From Octopus sinensis (taxonomy: Eukaryota), in the NCBI RefSeq assembly GCF_006345805.1, contig NC_043000.1, forward strand, positions 89,776,001-89,840,000: a DNA stretch of 64,000 nt. The letters are read 5' to 3'. The position numbers were made by a program, and so were the translations under genes. A model generated the notes under the pieces. That model was not told the DNA's origin. It made no database searches and saw nothing but the letters and a program-made list of their open reading frames with translations. The stretch's first letter is position 1, and every line of letters begins with the position of its first letter. Below, piece by piece: positions 13,170 to 27,320 of the stretch.

Positions 13170-15266
13170 ACGTATTACTCCAAACGTTCTAATTGGGCTA
13201 GCGTTCTAACTTGGCCCTTGGCATTACCTTACACGTACCTTATCTTTTGTTCATGTATTTGTGTTGTTCACTGCCCATCAAATAATTCGCAAAGAGTGCA
13301 AAGAAACGGAAGTATCTTGACGAATATATTCGATTTGCAGTCGTGTCCCTTCAAATGGGTGACAGAGAAGTCCTCTAGTGTGTGATAAGTTACAAAACTT
13401 TGAGCAATTATGGAATGCGACCCTCACGCTTGGAACGCTACTTGTGGACAACACATCTTGCTCTTGCAGATAAGCCCAAGGCATTCTTCGAAAAAAAAGG
13501 ATATTCCTTGAAGCAAGCTAAGTTGGACGGTAGTAGGGCATTTCGGCAACAAACTTCAATGATTGTTGAGCCTTCCAATGAGATCGCCATGTTGATTGCA
13601 AAGAGCAAGAAAAGCCATGACATCGGAAAGTCTCTCATAAAACCAAGTCGTCCACTCCGTGCAGCAGAACTCGTTCTGGGAAAAGGTAATGCAAACAAGC
13701 TTTCCTAGATTTCATTATCAAACGATACAGTCAAAGGAAGGATCGACGACTTGTTTCAAGTCATCAAATATCAAATTTTCGACTAAGTAAGAGGTTCTCC
13801 TGTTTTTGCCACCCAGTGTGATGAAACGACTGACATCGCTCAATGTTCTCAGCTACTGGTATATGTCAAGCAACTGTGTAAGACGAAATGTTGCTCTATC
13901 ACCCTATGGATAGCTGTATAACAGCAATAGCTATAGGGATTTGCTAGTAGGGGTGTACATTGATGGAGCTCCAGCCATGCTTGGTCTGCAGTCTGGATTC
14001 ATTACTAGGATAAAAGAAAAAAATCCATCTGTTGCAGGTACACACTGCATACTTCATCATGAAGCATCAGCATCCAGAATCTTACCTACGGAAATGAGAA
14101 ATGTCCTGAACGTGGCTATCAAGGTTGTCAACTTTCTTAAAGGTGGAGCCTTAAACAGTCGTCTTTTCAAATTGTTGTGTAAGGAAATGGAATCTGAACA
14201 TGAAGCATTGCTTTTTCATACGAACGTACACTGGTCAAAGGGGAACATGCTTGGACGGTTTTATGAACTACGAGAAGAAGTAGCAATATTTCTTGATTTG
14301 CTGCAGAAGGCAGATCTCCATGACAAGTTCCAGTCTGCAGGCTTTCAACAATCTCTAGCTTACCTGGTAGACATCTTCGAAGCGTTGAATGCTCTCGACC
14401 TTAAACTACAAGGGGAAAACATCAACATTCTCACGCACCACGACACCATCGAAACTTCATGGCCAAACTTGACCTCTGGAAATGTCGAATTCAGCAGGGA
14501 AATACAGTCAGTTTTAGTTACTTGGATTCTGCTCTCATTCACGGTAACCTTGATTCTGCATTAAAGAAACAAATAATCACTCATTTGACTTGAAAGCAGA
14601 ATTCATCAGATACTTCCCAGATATAGATGAAAAGCGTGGAACTTAGAAATTCATCAGGAACCCATTTCGATGTGAAGTGACTGATGTTTTGGATGAAGTG
14701 CAAGAGGAGTTCCTTGAGCTGAAGTTCAACTCCCCAGCTAAAGAAGACTTCAAAGAACTGGATCTTGAAACATTCTGGATCAAGTAAATTCCTCTTTACC
14801 CTCTGATCTCACATCAGGCAAGTTTAGCTATGTTTGGATCCACATATCTTTGTGAAACTGCATTTTCCATGCTCGTTGCTATCAAGACCAAGTACAGAAA
14901 CAGACTGAACGTTGAAAGGGCTTACCTTGTGTACTCTCCGACATTCAACCACCCATTCAAGATCTTGCAGCTAAGAAGCAGTGTCAAGTATCTCATTAAT
15001 AATGGGACTAATTCATATTCAATAAGAAAAAAACTTTTTTTATTAAGAAGCCGTGTCAAGTGTCTCATTTTTTTAATAATGTGATTATATATAAAATTAC
15101 ATATATTTTGTATAACGTGACTAATTCATATTCAATAAAAAGACTAAAAACATATTTTACATTTTATTTCAAATCTGGGAGGGAATTCTATTCATGGATG
15201 CAAGAGGAGCGTGAAGAGGACAAATTCCTAGAGGAGGCGTAGTACTAAAAAGATTAAGAACCATTG
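13170..15266 (+). mobile_element. Buster-family hAT transposon with disrupted transposase (ZBED5/SCAND3-like)
   Basis: Peptides MRPSRLERYL, QCDETTDIAQ, DGAPAM, THCILHHEA, FGSTYLCETAFS with stops and frameshifts; right TIR TTAAGAACCATTG. Confidence 0.9.
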
Positions 15267-15284
15267 GACTAAATTTATTCAATA

Positions 15285-15985
15285 GAATTGCCATTGTCTT
15301 CAACCACGGCCTCCAGACGACTTCGGAATCTCCTGCAACTCTTCTGGGCGGTCTCCTTGTTTAAGTCGGTGAATGCTACCATAATCTTTGCCTTCAGTTC
15401 ATCTTTGGTGTTACTAGGAGTTTTGTTGTTCTTTCTCTCAACTGCGCCCCATACATAATAATCAAGGTGGTTGCAGTCTGGGGAGTTAGCTTGTCAGCTA
15501 TTAGGGGTGATGTGGTCGCAGAAATTGTCTGACAACCATGATTGGGTTCTCCTGCTTGTGTGGCATGGTGCAGAATCCTGTTGCCAGACATAGAGTCTTC
15601 CAACAGTCACCCTCTTCATCCGAGGCAGTACTACCTCCTCCAGGCACTTGATGTAGACCTCCTTGTTGAGTGTGAGGCGGCGTGGGAAGATGAATGAAGG
15701 CATAATGTTGCTATCACTAGTGATCACTACAAACACCATGATGTTGACTGGATGTTCAATTTTTATCCTTCTCGGAACATGTCCTCAGATTGACACCCAA
15801 ACAGTGAAAAGTTTGAATTGGAGCTCCCTGTACGAATGCCCAGCAGTGCAGCATGTCGTTTCCAAATTTCTGGCAAAGTGAATTGCATCCGGGTGCAGTT
15901 TTTCTCACAGACGGTGTCCTAACCTAATCAACACCACAGAGGGATCGACGTAAACTCAAATAATAAACCGCGATAGGTGAACCAC
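15285..15985 (-). mobile_element. maT/DD37D-type mariner transposase fragment
   Basis: ORF 15494-15739 VWQQDSAPCHTSRRTQSWLSDNFCDH; same family as 44373-45251. Confidence 0.85.
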
Positions 15986-16149
15986 GATATGCCGGGGGAT
16001 TACTGTATATATATATATGCATATATGTGTGTGTATGTGTGTGTATACATATGTGTGAGTATGTGTGTGTGTATTACTGTTTGTTTTTATGTCATAATTA
16101 AAATAATTTTACATTAAATATTCAATACGTTAGTTAGAGTACTACTTTA

Positions 16150-17250
16150 TTATTCTTTAAGAATAATATTGTCAGTGACTTCGAAGTTTCCACCAGCTAA
16201 GCCGTCATCAATTTCTAATACATTTAAATTCATCTTCACTTTATATAGCTTCTGCTACGTTCAAATTTTGTAGGGTAGCCTGAGTTATGTTGAATGATAA
16301 TTAGACTGTGGTTGGTCGTGATGGTAAGATGGTATGCAGAATTTTTATTGATTAAATTTGGGGAAGGGCTAATTGTTAAATTTTTTCATGCATTTAGAGC
16401 TTTGTAATTAGGTGTGTATGGTTAGGTGTATCAAATTCAGGTCATAGGGGTTCACTGAGGAATGTAGTTACATTTGTCACATTTGTCACTTGGTTTTGGT
16501 TGTTGTTGTTGGTTTTATTTAGCCATTAAATAGGATCTTTTATCGTTTACTTGTTTCAGTCATTATACTGCGGTCATGATGGAGCATCGCCTTGAAAAAG
16601 TTCTAATCGAATGAATCGACCCCAGTATCTATTTATTTTAAGCCAGGTACTAAGTGTATCGGTCTCTTTTGCCGAACCGCTAATTTACGGGGATGTAAAT
16701 GCAACAACACCGGTTGTCAAGCGATGGTGGAGAACATCCTCAGACACAAATACATACAATCATATGTGTGTGTATGTATGTGTGTATGTATGCATGCATG
16801 CATGCATGTATGTATGTATGTATGTATGTATGTATGTATGTATGTATGTATGTATGACGGGCTTCTTTCAGTTTTCGTCTGCTTTAGTATATTCAGTTTT
16901 CGTCTGCCTTAGTATATTCGGATCGACCTGGCACTATACCTGAAAACTTTAGCCCAGGGTGTCACGTACTTGGGCTGAACCCGGAACGATGGAGTTGAGA
17001 AGGAGATTTTTTTTTTACCACACAACCTTTTCTTCTGAGAATATGAAGGTTACATTTTAGAGTCCAGTCTTGTGTTTTAACCCTTGTGATTAGGTGTATT
17101 TACTGGGTTTGTCAGCTTTTAGGGGATTGGTATTTAACAGCTTGTGTTCAATGAGTATACCATGTTAAACCAGGTTATGGGCCTTTTGTTCTCTCCTGAA
17201 GCAATGTTTTCGTTCTTGGCCGCAAAGTTCACTCATGTTACAACGAACCA
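16150..17250 (-). pseudogene. Very degenerate Penelope-like RT thumb fragments interrupted by a SINE
   Basis: Manual translation RPITWFNMVYSLN resembles the PLE WFNPPYS motif; NHSLIIIQHNSGYP resembles YIHxxSNHP; fragment order is jumbled. Confidence 0.35.
16540..17027 (-). mobile_element. tRNA-derived SINE, family 2
   Basis: Reverse complement of full copy 48502-48892. Confidence 0.8.
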
Positions 17251-18139
17251 CTTCGGTTTGTCAATCTGATCTTCCATAGTATTTTTTGAAATATACGTTT
17301 AAGTAACTATTTATAAAACTATAAAACATCACAGTTACATATATGTGAATACGTGTATGTGGGTATGAATATTTACACACATATATATATATTCGTGTGC
17401 GTCTATGAATGCGTGTGTCCGTGTCCAATGTGCAAGAGTATAGACTATCACTCAACAGGTTTGTTGATCCTGGTTTGGCGTCACTCCATTGTATAATGCA
17501 TATTATCAGCAAGTTTCAATAGCTAAAACTCAAAAAGCTTTCACGATCTGTCTGACATACATTTGAATTTGGTCAGTGTAAGTGTGTGTGTGAAGGTGGT
17601 ATTTCAGTGTTTGTTTGGTATTCTTTATACTATATACCTATTTTACATAGATACGTACTACATACACACATATATGCATACATATATATATATATATATG
17701 CGTGTGAGAGAGAGAGAGAGTGTGTGTGTATATGAGTGTGTGTATACACATGTATATGTATATATATACATATGTATACATACACATTAATATATATATA
17801 TACTAATATATTTATGCATATATATATATATAAACATATATTGTATATGCATATATATATATACACACATGTATATGTACATATATATATAATAAATATA
17901 TATATATATATATATTATATTCTATATATATATAATATTATAATATATATAATATATATATATAATATTATCATTAACGTGGGGGTATGTCCCTTGCAAT
18001 ATGACGATAAAGCACGACCACTGCCTATGGCTACCTGGTGTCATCCACAGTAATAGCACAAATGTCGCTGTATCTATATCAGGAATTCCTCTGTGTACGT
18101 TGAGTGTAGTAGAAACGATATAGACGGAAGATGAAGTAA

Positions 18140-18386
18140 ACGGGAAACTTTATTGATTCCTGGCTAGGAACAGGTTTATTTGCGGAGCTACAGATACAAA
18201 CCTGTTCCTAGTCATTTCTTCTCTAAGAACATACTCTAGTGAATCTGAACGGGGTACGTTGTTACCTCACTAGATGAGATGCTTTGCACCATAGGATGCA
18301 CCGAAATGAATTTATATTTTCCCAGCCGCGAGAGAACGAGACAGGGTGTGTGGAACTGATTGTCTGTGATCAATAAAGTTTCCCGT
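18140..18386. mobile_element. 247-bp element with 18-bp perfect TIRs and an internal hairpin
   Basis: ACGGGAAACTTTATTGAT (18140-18157) / ATCAATAAAGTTTCCCGT (18369-18386). Confidence 0.75.
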
Positions 18387-18402
18387 ATATATATATATAT
18401 AT

Positions 18403-18444
<42 letters not shown>

Positions 18445-18464
18445 TGTGTGTGTGTGTGTGTGTG

Positions 18465-18692
18465 TCAAGTAGTGCTCTGTGGTAAGAAGTTTGGTTCCCA
18501 ACCATATGGTTTCGGGTTAAGTCCAACAGTCAACCAAAGCCTTGTGAGTGGATTTCGTGCTCAGAAACTTATAGGAACTCATTGCATATCTGTGTGTATG
18601 TGTGGATATGTGTGTGTATGTGTGGATGTGTGTGAATTTGTGTATTTGTAAGAGAGAGAGAGAGAGTGAGAGAGTGACCGAGAGATTGTGTG

Positions 18693-18729
<37 letters not shown>

Positions 18730-18730
18730 G

Positions 18731-18800
<70 letters not shown>

Positions 18801-19087
18801 CCCATATGGTTCCGGGTTAAGTCCAACAGTCGACCAAAGCCTTGTGAGTGAATTTCGTGGTCAGAAATTTATAGGAACTCATTGCATATCTGTGTGTATG
18901 TGTGGATATGTGTGTGTATGTGTGGATGTGTGTGAGTTTGTGTATTTGTAAGAGAGAGAGAGAGAGTGACCGAGAGATTGTGTGTGTGTGTGTTGTGTGT
19001 TTGTGTGTGCGTGTGTGTGTGTGTGGTGTGTGTGTGTGTGTTTGCGTGTGTGTGTGTGTGTGTATGTGTGTGTTGTGTGTGTGTGTG

Positions 19088-19120
<33 letters not shown>
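18465..19120 (+). repeat. Local tandem duplication (~305-bp period) of a SINE family 2 head fragment plus microsatellites
   Basis: CCATATGGTT..GGGTTAAGTCCAACAGTC..GTGACCGAGAGATTG occurs twice. Confidence 0.85.
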
Positions 19121-19123
<3 letters not shown>

Positions 19124-19239
19124 GGTTCGTGCTTCATATATCTGAAAATGATCGGGTTTACACTTTGTGGGTCCTCAGGTGATTTTCAGGCTAATTTTGG
19201 CATGGAATCTACGATTGCAATGGCGGGGGGAGGCACGTA

Positions 19240-19558
19240 ATAGCAAATTCAAAACCTGGTGAGACTTTTGCCTTCGTGGTGCCCTCCTCTCTTTATCATT
19301 CTCGGTACATGTCCTCGGATTGTACTGATCTCAGATTAACACCCAAACACTCTGAAATGTTCGTACTTGAGCTTCCGGTGCGAATGCGAAACAGTACAGC
19401 ATGTCGTATCCGAATTTCTGGCAGAGTGAATTGTGTCATAGTATTGTTTTTTCTCACAGACAGTGCCCAGCTGTGTAGTTGACAAAATCGAAGACAAACA
19501 GTTGCGCATATGCAAAATTAAAAATATAAAACGGCGACAATTTACCCATTGCACCCTG
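19240..19558 (-). mobile_element. maT/DD37D element 5' end
   Basis: Terminal CAGGGTGCAATGGGTAAATTGTCGCC followed by TA; matches the 5' part of 44373-45251. Confidence 0.75.
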
Positions 19559-19563
19559 TATAT

Positions 19564-19616
<53 letters not shown>

Positions 19617-19620
19617 CATA

Positions 19621-19875
19621 TGTGGAGGCGCGTGGCTTAGTGGTTAGGATGTCAGCATCACGATCGTAAGATTGTGGTTTCGATTCCTGGACCGGGCGAC
19701 GCGTTATGTTCTGGAACAAAACGCTTCATTTCACGTTGCTCCAGTCCACTCAGCTGGCAAAAATGAGTAACGCTGCGATGGACTGGCGTCCCGTCCAACT
19801 GGGGAACACATACGCCATAGAAACCGCCGGGAAACCGGGTCCATGAGCCTGGCTAGGCTTTAACAGGGCACATTT
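19621..19875 (+). mobile_element. tRNA-derived CORE-like SINE, family 3
   Basis: A-box TGGCTTAGTGG, B-box GGTTTCGATTCC, CORE-like TTCACGTTGCTCCAGTCCACTCAGCTGG. Confidence 0.8.
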
Positions 19876-19947
19876 ATTTATTTTTATATACATATACATA
19901 CATATATATATATAATATATATAATATATATATTATATATATATATA

Positions 19948-20003
<56 letters not shown>

Positions 20004-20051
20004 CATATATATATAATATATATATAATATATATATACATATGTATATATG

Positions 20052-20083
<32 letters not shown>

Positions 20084-20113
20084 ATATATATATATATACA
20101 TATATATATAGAC

Positions 20114-20161
<48 letters not shown>

Positions 20162-20162
20162 G

Positions 20163-20254
<92 letters not shown>

Positions 20255-20286
20255 ATGTGTGTGTATATATATGTATATATATGTAT

Positions 20287-20382
<96 letters not shown>

Positions 20383-21245
20383 GAAAGCTTGTCGAACATG
20401 TACGCAATGAGAAACAATAATTATGACCAGTATTAATGGAAATGACGTAAAGCATGGAGGCATATTCGCAGATGACAATATATTCAATTATAAACATAAT
20501 CACTGTAAGTATCATAACGTTATATAATTATACGCACATGGTGACTACTAAGATTAATTAAACTAAATTACTGTTTTATGGTCTATTTTATAAACATAAA
20601 ACACTAACATTTAATTAAAACCGTTTTATAGTACATTTTATAATCATAAAAGATCTATCTGTAATAATATTTTCCTTGTTATTGCGCAGAGTAAAATGCT
20701 TAACTGTATTACGTTGTGAGTTGAAGTTCCACCGAGGTCGACTTTGCCTTTCATCCTTTCGAGGTCGGTAAAATAAGTGCCAGGTGAGTACAGATGTAAC
20801 CGATTTACCCCTAAAGCGATTTTGTAGTGTTGTACCAAAATTTGAAATCAACATTATTCTGCTTGTTCTTGCGGTTGTAGTTTTGCCAATAGGTTATCAG
20901 TGAAATCAGTGAACTAATAGAGAGAGAAAACATGAGAAAAAGAGAGAGTGAGAAGAAGTCCTACGTTATCCTGCGTTTGTATGACCCAAATGCAGACCCA
21001 ATTGAACTGTTTAAAATAATGAAACAACGTAATGAACATATATAAATTTACGCATTAAAAGATATATCCGTAGATAGTTAAATTAAGCAAATAGCTGGAG
21101 GTGTTACACTTTTATTTTTTTATGTGTTCCAGACCAAAGGCTCAGACTATGCTGATGAACCGGCACTATTAATTTTTTAAATTTTATTTTATTTTATTCA
21201 GTTTAAATGCTTATCGGTATTATTAGTGCAGCTATATATATATAT

Positions 21246-21437
21246 AGGGAGAATTCACAAAAAAAGCAAAAGACGAAGACGTGTGGTGTAGACAACAAAC
21301 AGATGTATTAGTATAACGCTCGGGAAGTGAAAAAGTCTTTAACGTTTCGAGCCTACGCTCTTCCACAGAAAGGAACACAGAAAGAAACAAGAGGAGGAAA
21401 TAAAGAATGTGTAGTGGTTAGAGATCTATCATAGCGA
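21246..21437 (-). mobile_element. Repeat family A with minimal hammerhead (CUGUGGA core)
   Basis: Minus 21372-21337: CTTT-CTGTGGA-A-GAGC-GTAG-GCTC-GAA-ACGT-T-AAAG; end abuts (TA)n. Confidence 0.75.
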
Positions 21438-21480
21438 AATATATATATATATAATATATATATATATACATATATATACA

Positions 21481-21514
<34 letters not shown>

Positions 21515-21567
21515 TATATATGCATATATATATACCACACTATATATAATTTCATCGGCAGAAGGAT

Positions 21568-21657
<90 letters not shown>

Positions 21658-22080
21658 CCAACAGATATGTAGATAAGGCGACATATTAATAGACATAGAA
21701 ATAGATAGTTGAACTGAAATGTAAGGGTATATTTAAAAGTACAGTTTTGATTAAATGACAGAATTTCAAAAGAAATGGTTGTGCTTAATATATCAATATG
21801 TTTTCAAATATGCTGACTAACACAGGTGGGATTTCCACAGGTCTCGCTAGTATCTTATAATTTCGGTAAACATTTGGGAATAAATTTATTAGAACCCGAA
21901 TAATTTCGATCATGATGCACTGGAAATATTATTTCGTAAATCCATTTTTTTTTTTTGTCACTTCAGTCTTGTCACGGAGATGAAAGTCGGCATGGCTGTA
22001 TTTTCGTTGCGTAGATGTTCTAACTTGTGCGTATACGTATGTGCGTGTATGTGTATATATGTATGTATGTGCATATATAT

Positions 22081-22127
<47 letters not shown>

Positions 22128-22249
22128 CATACATAGATACATTTATACTTACATATACACACACATATTTATATACACATATATACATACATATATACAC
22201 AACATATATATATGTATATACGTTAATTATGTATATATATATACATATA

Positions 22250-22291
<42 letters not shown>

Positions 22292-22298
22292 TTATATA

Positions 22299-22338
<40 letters not shown>

Positions 22339-22387
22339 TATATATGTATATATCGATATATATATATATATAATATATATATGTATA

Positions 22388-22420
<33 letters not shown>

Positions 22421-22701
22421 ACATATATAATATATATGCATATATATATTGTAAAGAGAATTAACAGAAAAGACTATGCAGCAGTTACAAAACATAACAA
22501 ATACTGTTGTAGCTTAATGCTTTAAAAGAATGGAAATAGTCTTAATGTTTTCGGATACTATTTCTTCATCAAACAAAATATTAAATGAGTGAGAAGAAAA
22601 AGTGATTGAGAAAGAAAAAAATTAAGCATCGACATGTCAGGTGCGAATGCGATTTTATAGAGAGAAGATAAGAAGGGGGAGATCGGATATATACCACACA
22701 C

Positions 22702-22765
<64 letters not shown>

Positions 22766-22780
22766 ATATATATATTTATT

Positions 22781-22831
<51 letters not shown>

Positions 22832-22939
22832 TCATATATAATATATATATATTATTTATATATATATATGCGATGTGTTGGTTGTAACAAACACACACAC
22901 CAGAACACAAACACACACATAAATACCGTATGTGTATAT

Positions 22940-23600
22940 ATAATTGTCTCGGATTTAGGCACATTGCCAGAATTTTGGTAGCAGGGCTATTTAGTCGATA
23001 CCGTCGACCCCACTACTTGATTGGTACTTGAATGACAGAATGGAAGACAAAGTTGATCTCAGCTAAATTTGAACTCAGAAGCTAAAGCACCGGAATAACT
23101 ACGGTAAAGCATCTTTCAAATGCACTAACGAATTTGCAAACTCACCACATTAAGCTAAACAAATATAATTCTTTCTGCTATAGGTGCAAGGCCTGAAATT
23201 TTGATGGCGAGGAACAAGTCGATTATTTCGGCGCCAGTGCTCGACTAATTTATCGACTCCGAAAGGGATGAAAATCAAAGACAATCTCGGCAAAATCTGA
23301 ACTATGGTCGTAAAGACGGACGAAATTCCCCTAAGCATTTTGTCCGGCGTGCCAACGATTCTGCCAGCTCGCTAGTCTTTAGCTAAAGAAAAATCTATGA
23401 TCCTTTCTTTTCTACTATAGGCACAAGACCTGAAATTTGGGTGGATGGAGAGGGTAATCGATTACATCGATCCCAGTGCTTGATTGGTACTTATTTTTAT
23501 CGTCACCTCACGAAATTTGAATTAAGAACATAAAGTGGGAAGAAATACCGTTGAGCATTTTGTCCAGCGTGTTAATGATTCTGTCGGCTCGATGCCTTAA
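22940..23600 (-). mobile_element. Three stacked SINE family 1 copies
   Basis: Repeated TTTGAACTCAGAAC and GGCACAAG.CCTGAAATTT motifs. Confidence 0.75.
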
Positions 23601-23699
23601 TTTAAACAGCTATAATAACAGCAGACATCATTTAGTCTGGTGCTCTAAGACTCTGTCAGCCTCTCCACGGGTCTTTAAACAGGGTTTTACTGTTTTTAT

Positions 23700-25790
23700 T
23701 TTCTCGAAAACCAACACTGAAAAATGATGTTTGGCAAAACTCAGGCTGGTTCCAGCAGAAAAATAGACTTAGTCCCAACATAGTGGACTTTGAAAAAAGC
23801 TTTTGGTCACGTGTCTTCAAACACTTTGGATTAATATGAGATAATTTAACATCAGCCTTACATTATTAAATGTTGTAAAGTCATAAAAATATGCAAAAAC
23901 TGATTTGAATTTCAAATTCTCAAGTAATTGTGTTGCAACAATAGTTGCTGTCAGATGAGTATGTATTTTTCACAGAGGTTTTTCAATGTTTCCTGAATAT
24001 ACAACAAGGAAATCCTTGAGTTGTTTTGAGGGCTTTTTCTTAAAGGAAATGTTAATACTATTGAGTTAATAAAACAAAATTAGTAACTTAGAGACCTAAC
24101 AATACGTATTGATACAATGCCATGAAAAGATAGAATAGAAATAAGTGCCGACAGAGAAAAGGTAAAATAATGAGAAGTAATAAAAGAAAAGGAAAGGAAC
24201 AGTGAATCCGGGTGATTGAAGCTCAAGCAAGCTGAAGTCTTTAGATATTTGGGAACAAGGTAGCGGAAGATATAAGATCAAAGTAAAAAATTAATGGATT
24301 GCAGCAGCAAAACAATTTTAACACACAATTCGACCGTATTTGGGGAAAAAAATAGTACAAATAAACACATAATTTCGTTTTATTGGCTGTTAGCTTGGGT
24401 AATTACTTACAAAAGCATATTGAAAACTGTTATTAATTAACTGTTAAAAATAGAGCTTGTAGTTGTTTTATTATTATTAGTTATTATTCGTGAAGATAAA
24501 TTGAAGCAGAGGACGGCAAACTTCTTAATATCGCTGACCTCTTCATGGAATCGTCGATAATTTATTGCTCCCCTAGCCATCATGTATTTTCTAAAATAAA
24601 TTTAAAAGTTAGATTAACCCTCTACCTATTCTATGCCACGTATGGTACACAGGGCATATTTCGCTGGCATCCGTTCGTCATATATATGATACACGTTCTC
24701 AAATGATTTCAACTACCAGAATAACTATGGACATATGAAAAGGAAGCTTTATACCACTCAGGAAATATATAACAAGGGCTAACTAAAAGTCTGAAGAAAC
24801 ATAAAAATGCTTTGGACAGCCAAAGCGTTTATAATAATTCAATTCAAAAACAATAATTCTTTCATTCTTTTGAATAGTTACCGCTTTTTTAATAAGAAAT
24901 ATTTTAAAGAAATTCAATGAAAATAATTAACGGAATCGATAAAGAGCAATAAAAATTCACATTGGTATATTCGGAATATTTGATGTGAAATATATTTTGG
25001 TGAATACTAGTTATTACATCGATACCTAGTTTGAAACCAATATTTTTTACCTTAAATTACCGTAGACTACCAGATTCAGGTCGTTGGTAATTCAGAACCT
25101 TAAATGCTCAGCGCCATTTCAAGTGTTTACCGACCCCCCTGGATAGCCACATAGGGCTATCCAAGTATTGACCCAGGGTCAATACTAACCACCTTGCCGA
25201 CCCCTGGTCCAGCTAATCGAAAGTGCTGTACGACTGGATATAGAAGTTTATTTTAAACCATTGTTATGTATTGTGCAATACTAGGGAAAGCCACGGTAGT
25301 GATGATTGGCAGGATAACAGTTCAGAGCAATAATTATGACTCCATCTGAACTTCATACGTAAGAATAATAAGCGTGGAGTGCTGGAAGTTAGAAAAATAT
25401 GGTGGTCATTGAAATGACGTTTCGAATTCCATTGAGAAATATATGGAACAAACGGTGTATTAGAAAAGAAATTGTTGAGATGGCGAACTAAGAAAGTTTT
25501 CAGTGAATTATGAAAAGGGAGAAAGTGAAGTAGTTTGATCGTATAACACGACACTGGGACATCCTTACTTTCATTAAATATGATCAAACAGAAAATACCT
25601 CCAGCCGGTGAAATAGTAATGCGAGGAGGACCGCGAAAGGGCGGAATGAGCAAAAACAAACAATAAACACAGATGAAGATGAAGGGAAACATAACGGTTA
25701 CTGATGACCGAGAAAGTGAGAAAGCAGGGGAGAGGGGATTGTGCATTTTTGCAGTGTACCTAAAGGGCCGCCTTAAGGTACGGATCTTCA
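23700..25790 (+). pseudogene. Highly degenerate RTE-type LINE reverse transcriptase
   Basis: Manual peptides VDFEKAFGHV (~23780), QGNP (~24005), MKREKVK*FDRITRH (~25510) resemble RTE RT motifs in the correct order. Confidence 0.5.
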
Positions 25791-25819
25791 TGAGGATTGA
25801 CTGACTTCCTCCTACGCAG

Positions 25820-25870
25820 AAATAATTTTAATTCTTTTGTGATAAGACATCCGGATGCCGATGTAGCTAC
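25820..25870 (+). other. Candidate 51-nt exon of an unidentified gene
   Basis: CTGACTTCCTCCTACGCAG acceptor, GTGAGTA donor; one open frame NNFNSFVIRHPDADVAT. Confidence 0.3.
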
Positions 25871-25907
25871 GTGAGTACAGGTGACTCGAAACAGTAGTGG
25901 AGGTGGT

Positions 25908-25972
<65 letters not shown>

Positions 25973-26682
25973 CAGCAGCAGTAGTAGCAGAAGGAGGAGG
26001 AGGAGGTCCTAATTGTTTTTCGTTGCTGCTGTCCGTTCATTCAAAGAGGTTATTTCAAGTGTGAAATTTAAACTGCTCTTTCTCATTAGCAAGTAAAGTG
26101 AAGTGGTGGTGGTGGTGGTGGTGGTGGCGGCGGTGGTGATGGTAGTGGTGGTGATGGTGGTGGTGGTGGTGGTGGTGAAAGGAGATTGTAGTGACGGTAG
26201 TTATCCAGGAGGTGATGTGTAGTGACGGTGTTAATGGTGTTGTTGTGGTGCTGATGCAATGATGACCACCGCTGAAGCGATGTGGGTGTGATGGGTGGTA
26301 GGGTGGGGGATCTTGTGACGGTGGTTATGCTGAAGGTGGTGTGTAATCGTGGTGCTAATAGTAGTGGTGGTGGTGGTGGTGGTGAAGACGGTAATAGTGG
26401 TAATGATGATGGTAACGGCTGTGGTCGTGGTGGTTGTCATGATTGACATGCAACGAGATAGCAAATTATTCAAGGAGACAGCACTGTATGCGCGCGCGCG
26501 TGTGTGTTTGTGTATCGGTCTGGAATGACAGAATCGTTACAGTGGACAAAACCACTCTGTGATATTCGGTTACGAACCACTTACATCCCCCTATATAATT
26601 ATATATAAATATATATATATGTGTGTGTGTGTGTGGTGTGTATGTATGTATATATATATATATATATAATATATATATATAT

Positions 26683-26715
<33 letters not shown>

Positions 26716-27320
26716 GTATATATATGGTGTATATATATATATATTATATATATATATAATGGTGTGTGTGGTGTGTGGTGTGTTGGTGTGTGTGTGTGTG
26801 TATCGCGTGACAACCGATGTTGGTATGTCTACGTCTCCGTAATTTAATTGTTCGGCAAGAGAGGCCGATAGAATAAGTACTGGGCTTACAAAGAATACGT
26901 CCAGGGGTCGATTTGTTCGACTTAAGGCGGTGTTCCAACATGGTCGCAGTCAAAAGATAGAAATAAGTAAACGAGTAAAAGAAAAAACAAAGCATTTATA
27001 AGATATTTAGTTACCGACTCTTGACTTACAACTGTACTTCTTAGTTAACTGTTATCTTCTAGTTTTGTGTATCTTCTAGTTTCTAATGTTTTGTTTAGTG
27101 CTGAATCATCGATATAACTGAAGGGCCTCAATAATCTCATGCATAAACCTACAGTATCTGCAGAGTTCTCATTAGTCCCTCACGAATACTTTCATTTTCT
27201 TTCATTTTTAACATTATACTCACAATAAAAAATGTAAAATAATTCTAATATCAAAATAATGTTAGAATAAATTATCTGGACAACTGATTTTATTGTACAC
27301 ACTTTTTTTCTCTAACGCAG

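Noticed and set aside
20893-21028. Open 45-codon segment VISEISELIERE.. with possible splice sites
   Set aside because: Donor is weak and the peptide could be a LINE ORF1 remnant; cannot be supported as an exon.
21152-21230. CTGATGA followed by an ACCG/CGGT stem (similar isolated cores near 25701, 27837, 54374)
   Set aside because: No correctly placed GAAA-NUH and helix I, so not called as ribozymes.
25264-25791. 175-aa hydrophobic ORF
   Set aside because: Antisense to a degenerate RTE RT remnant.
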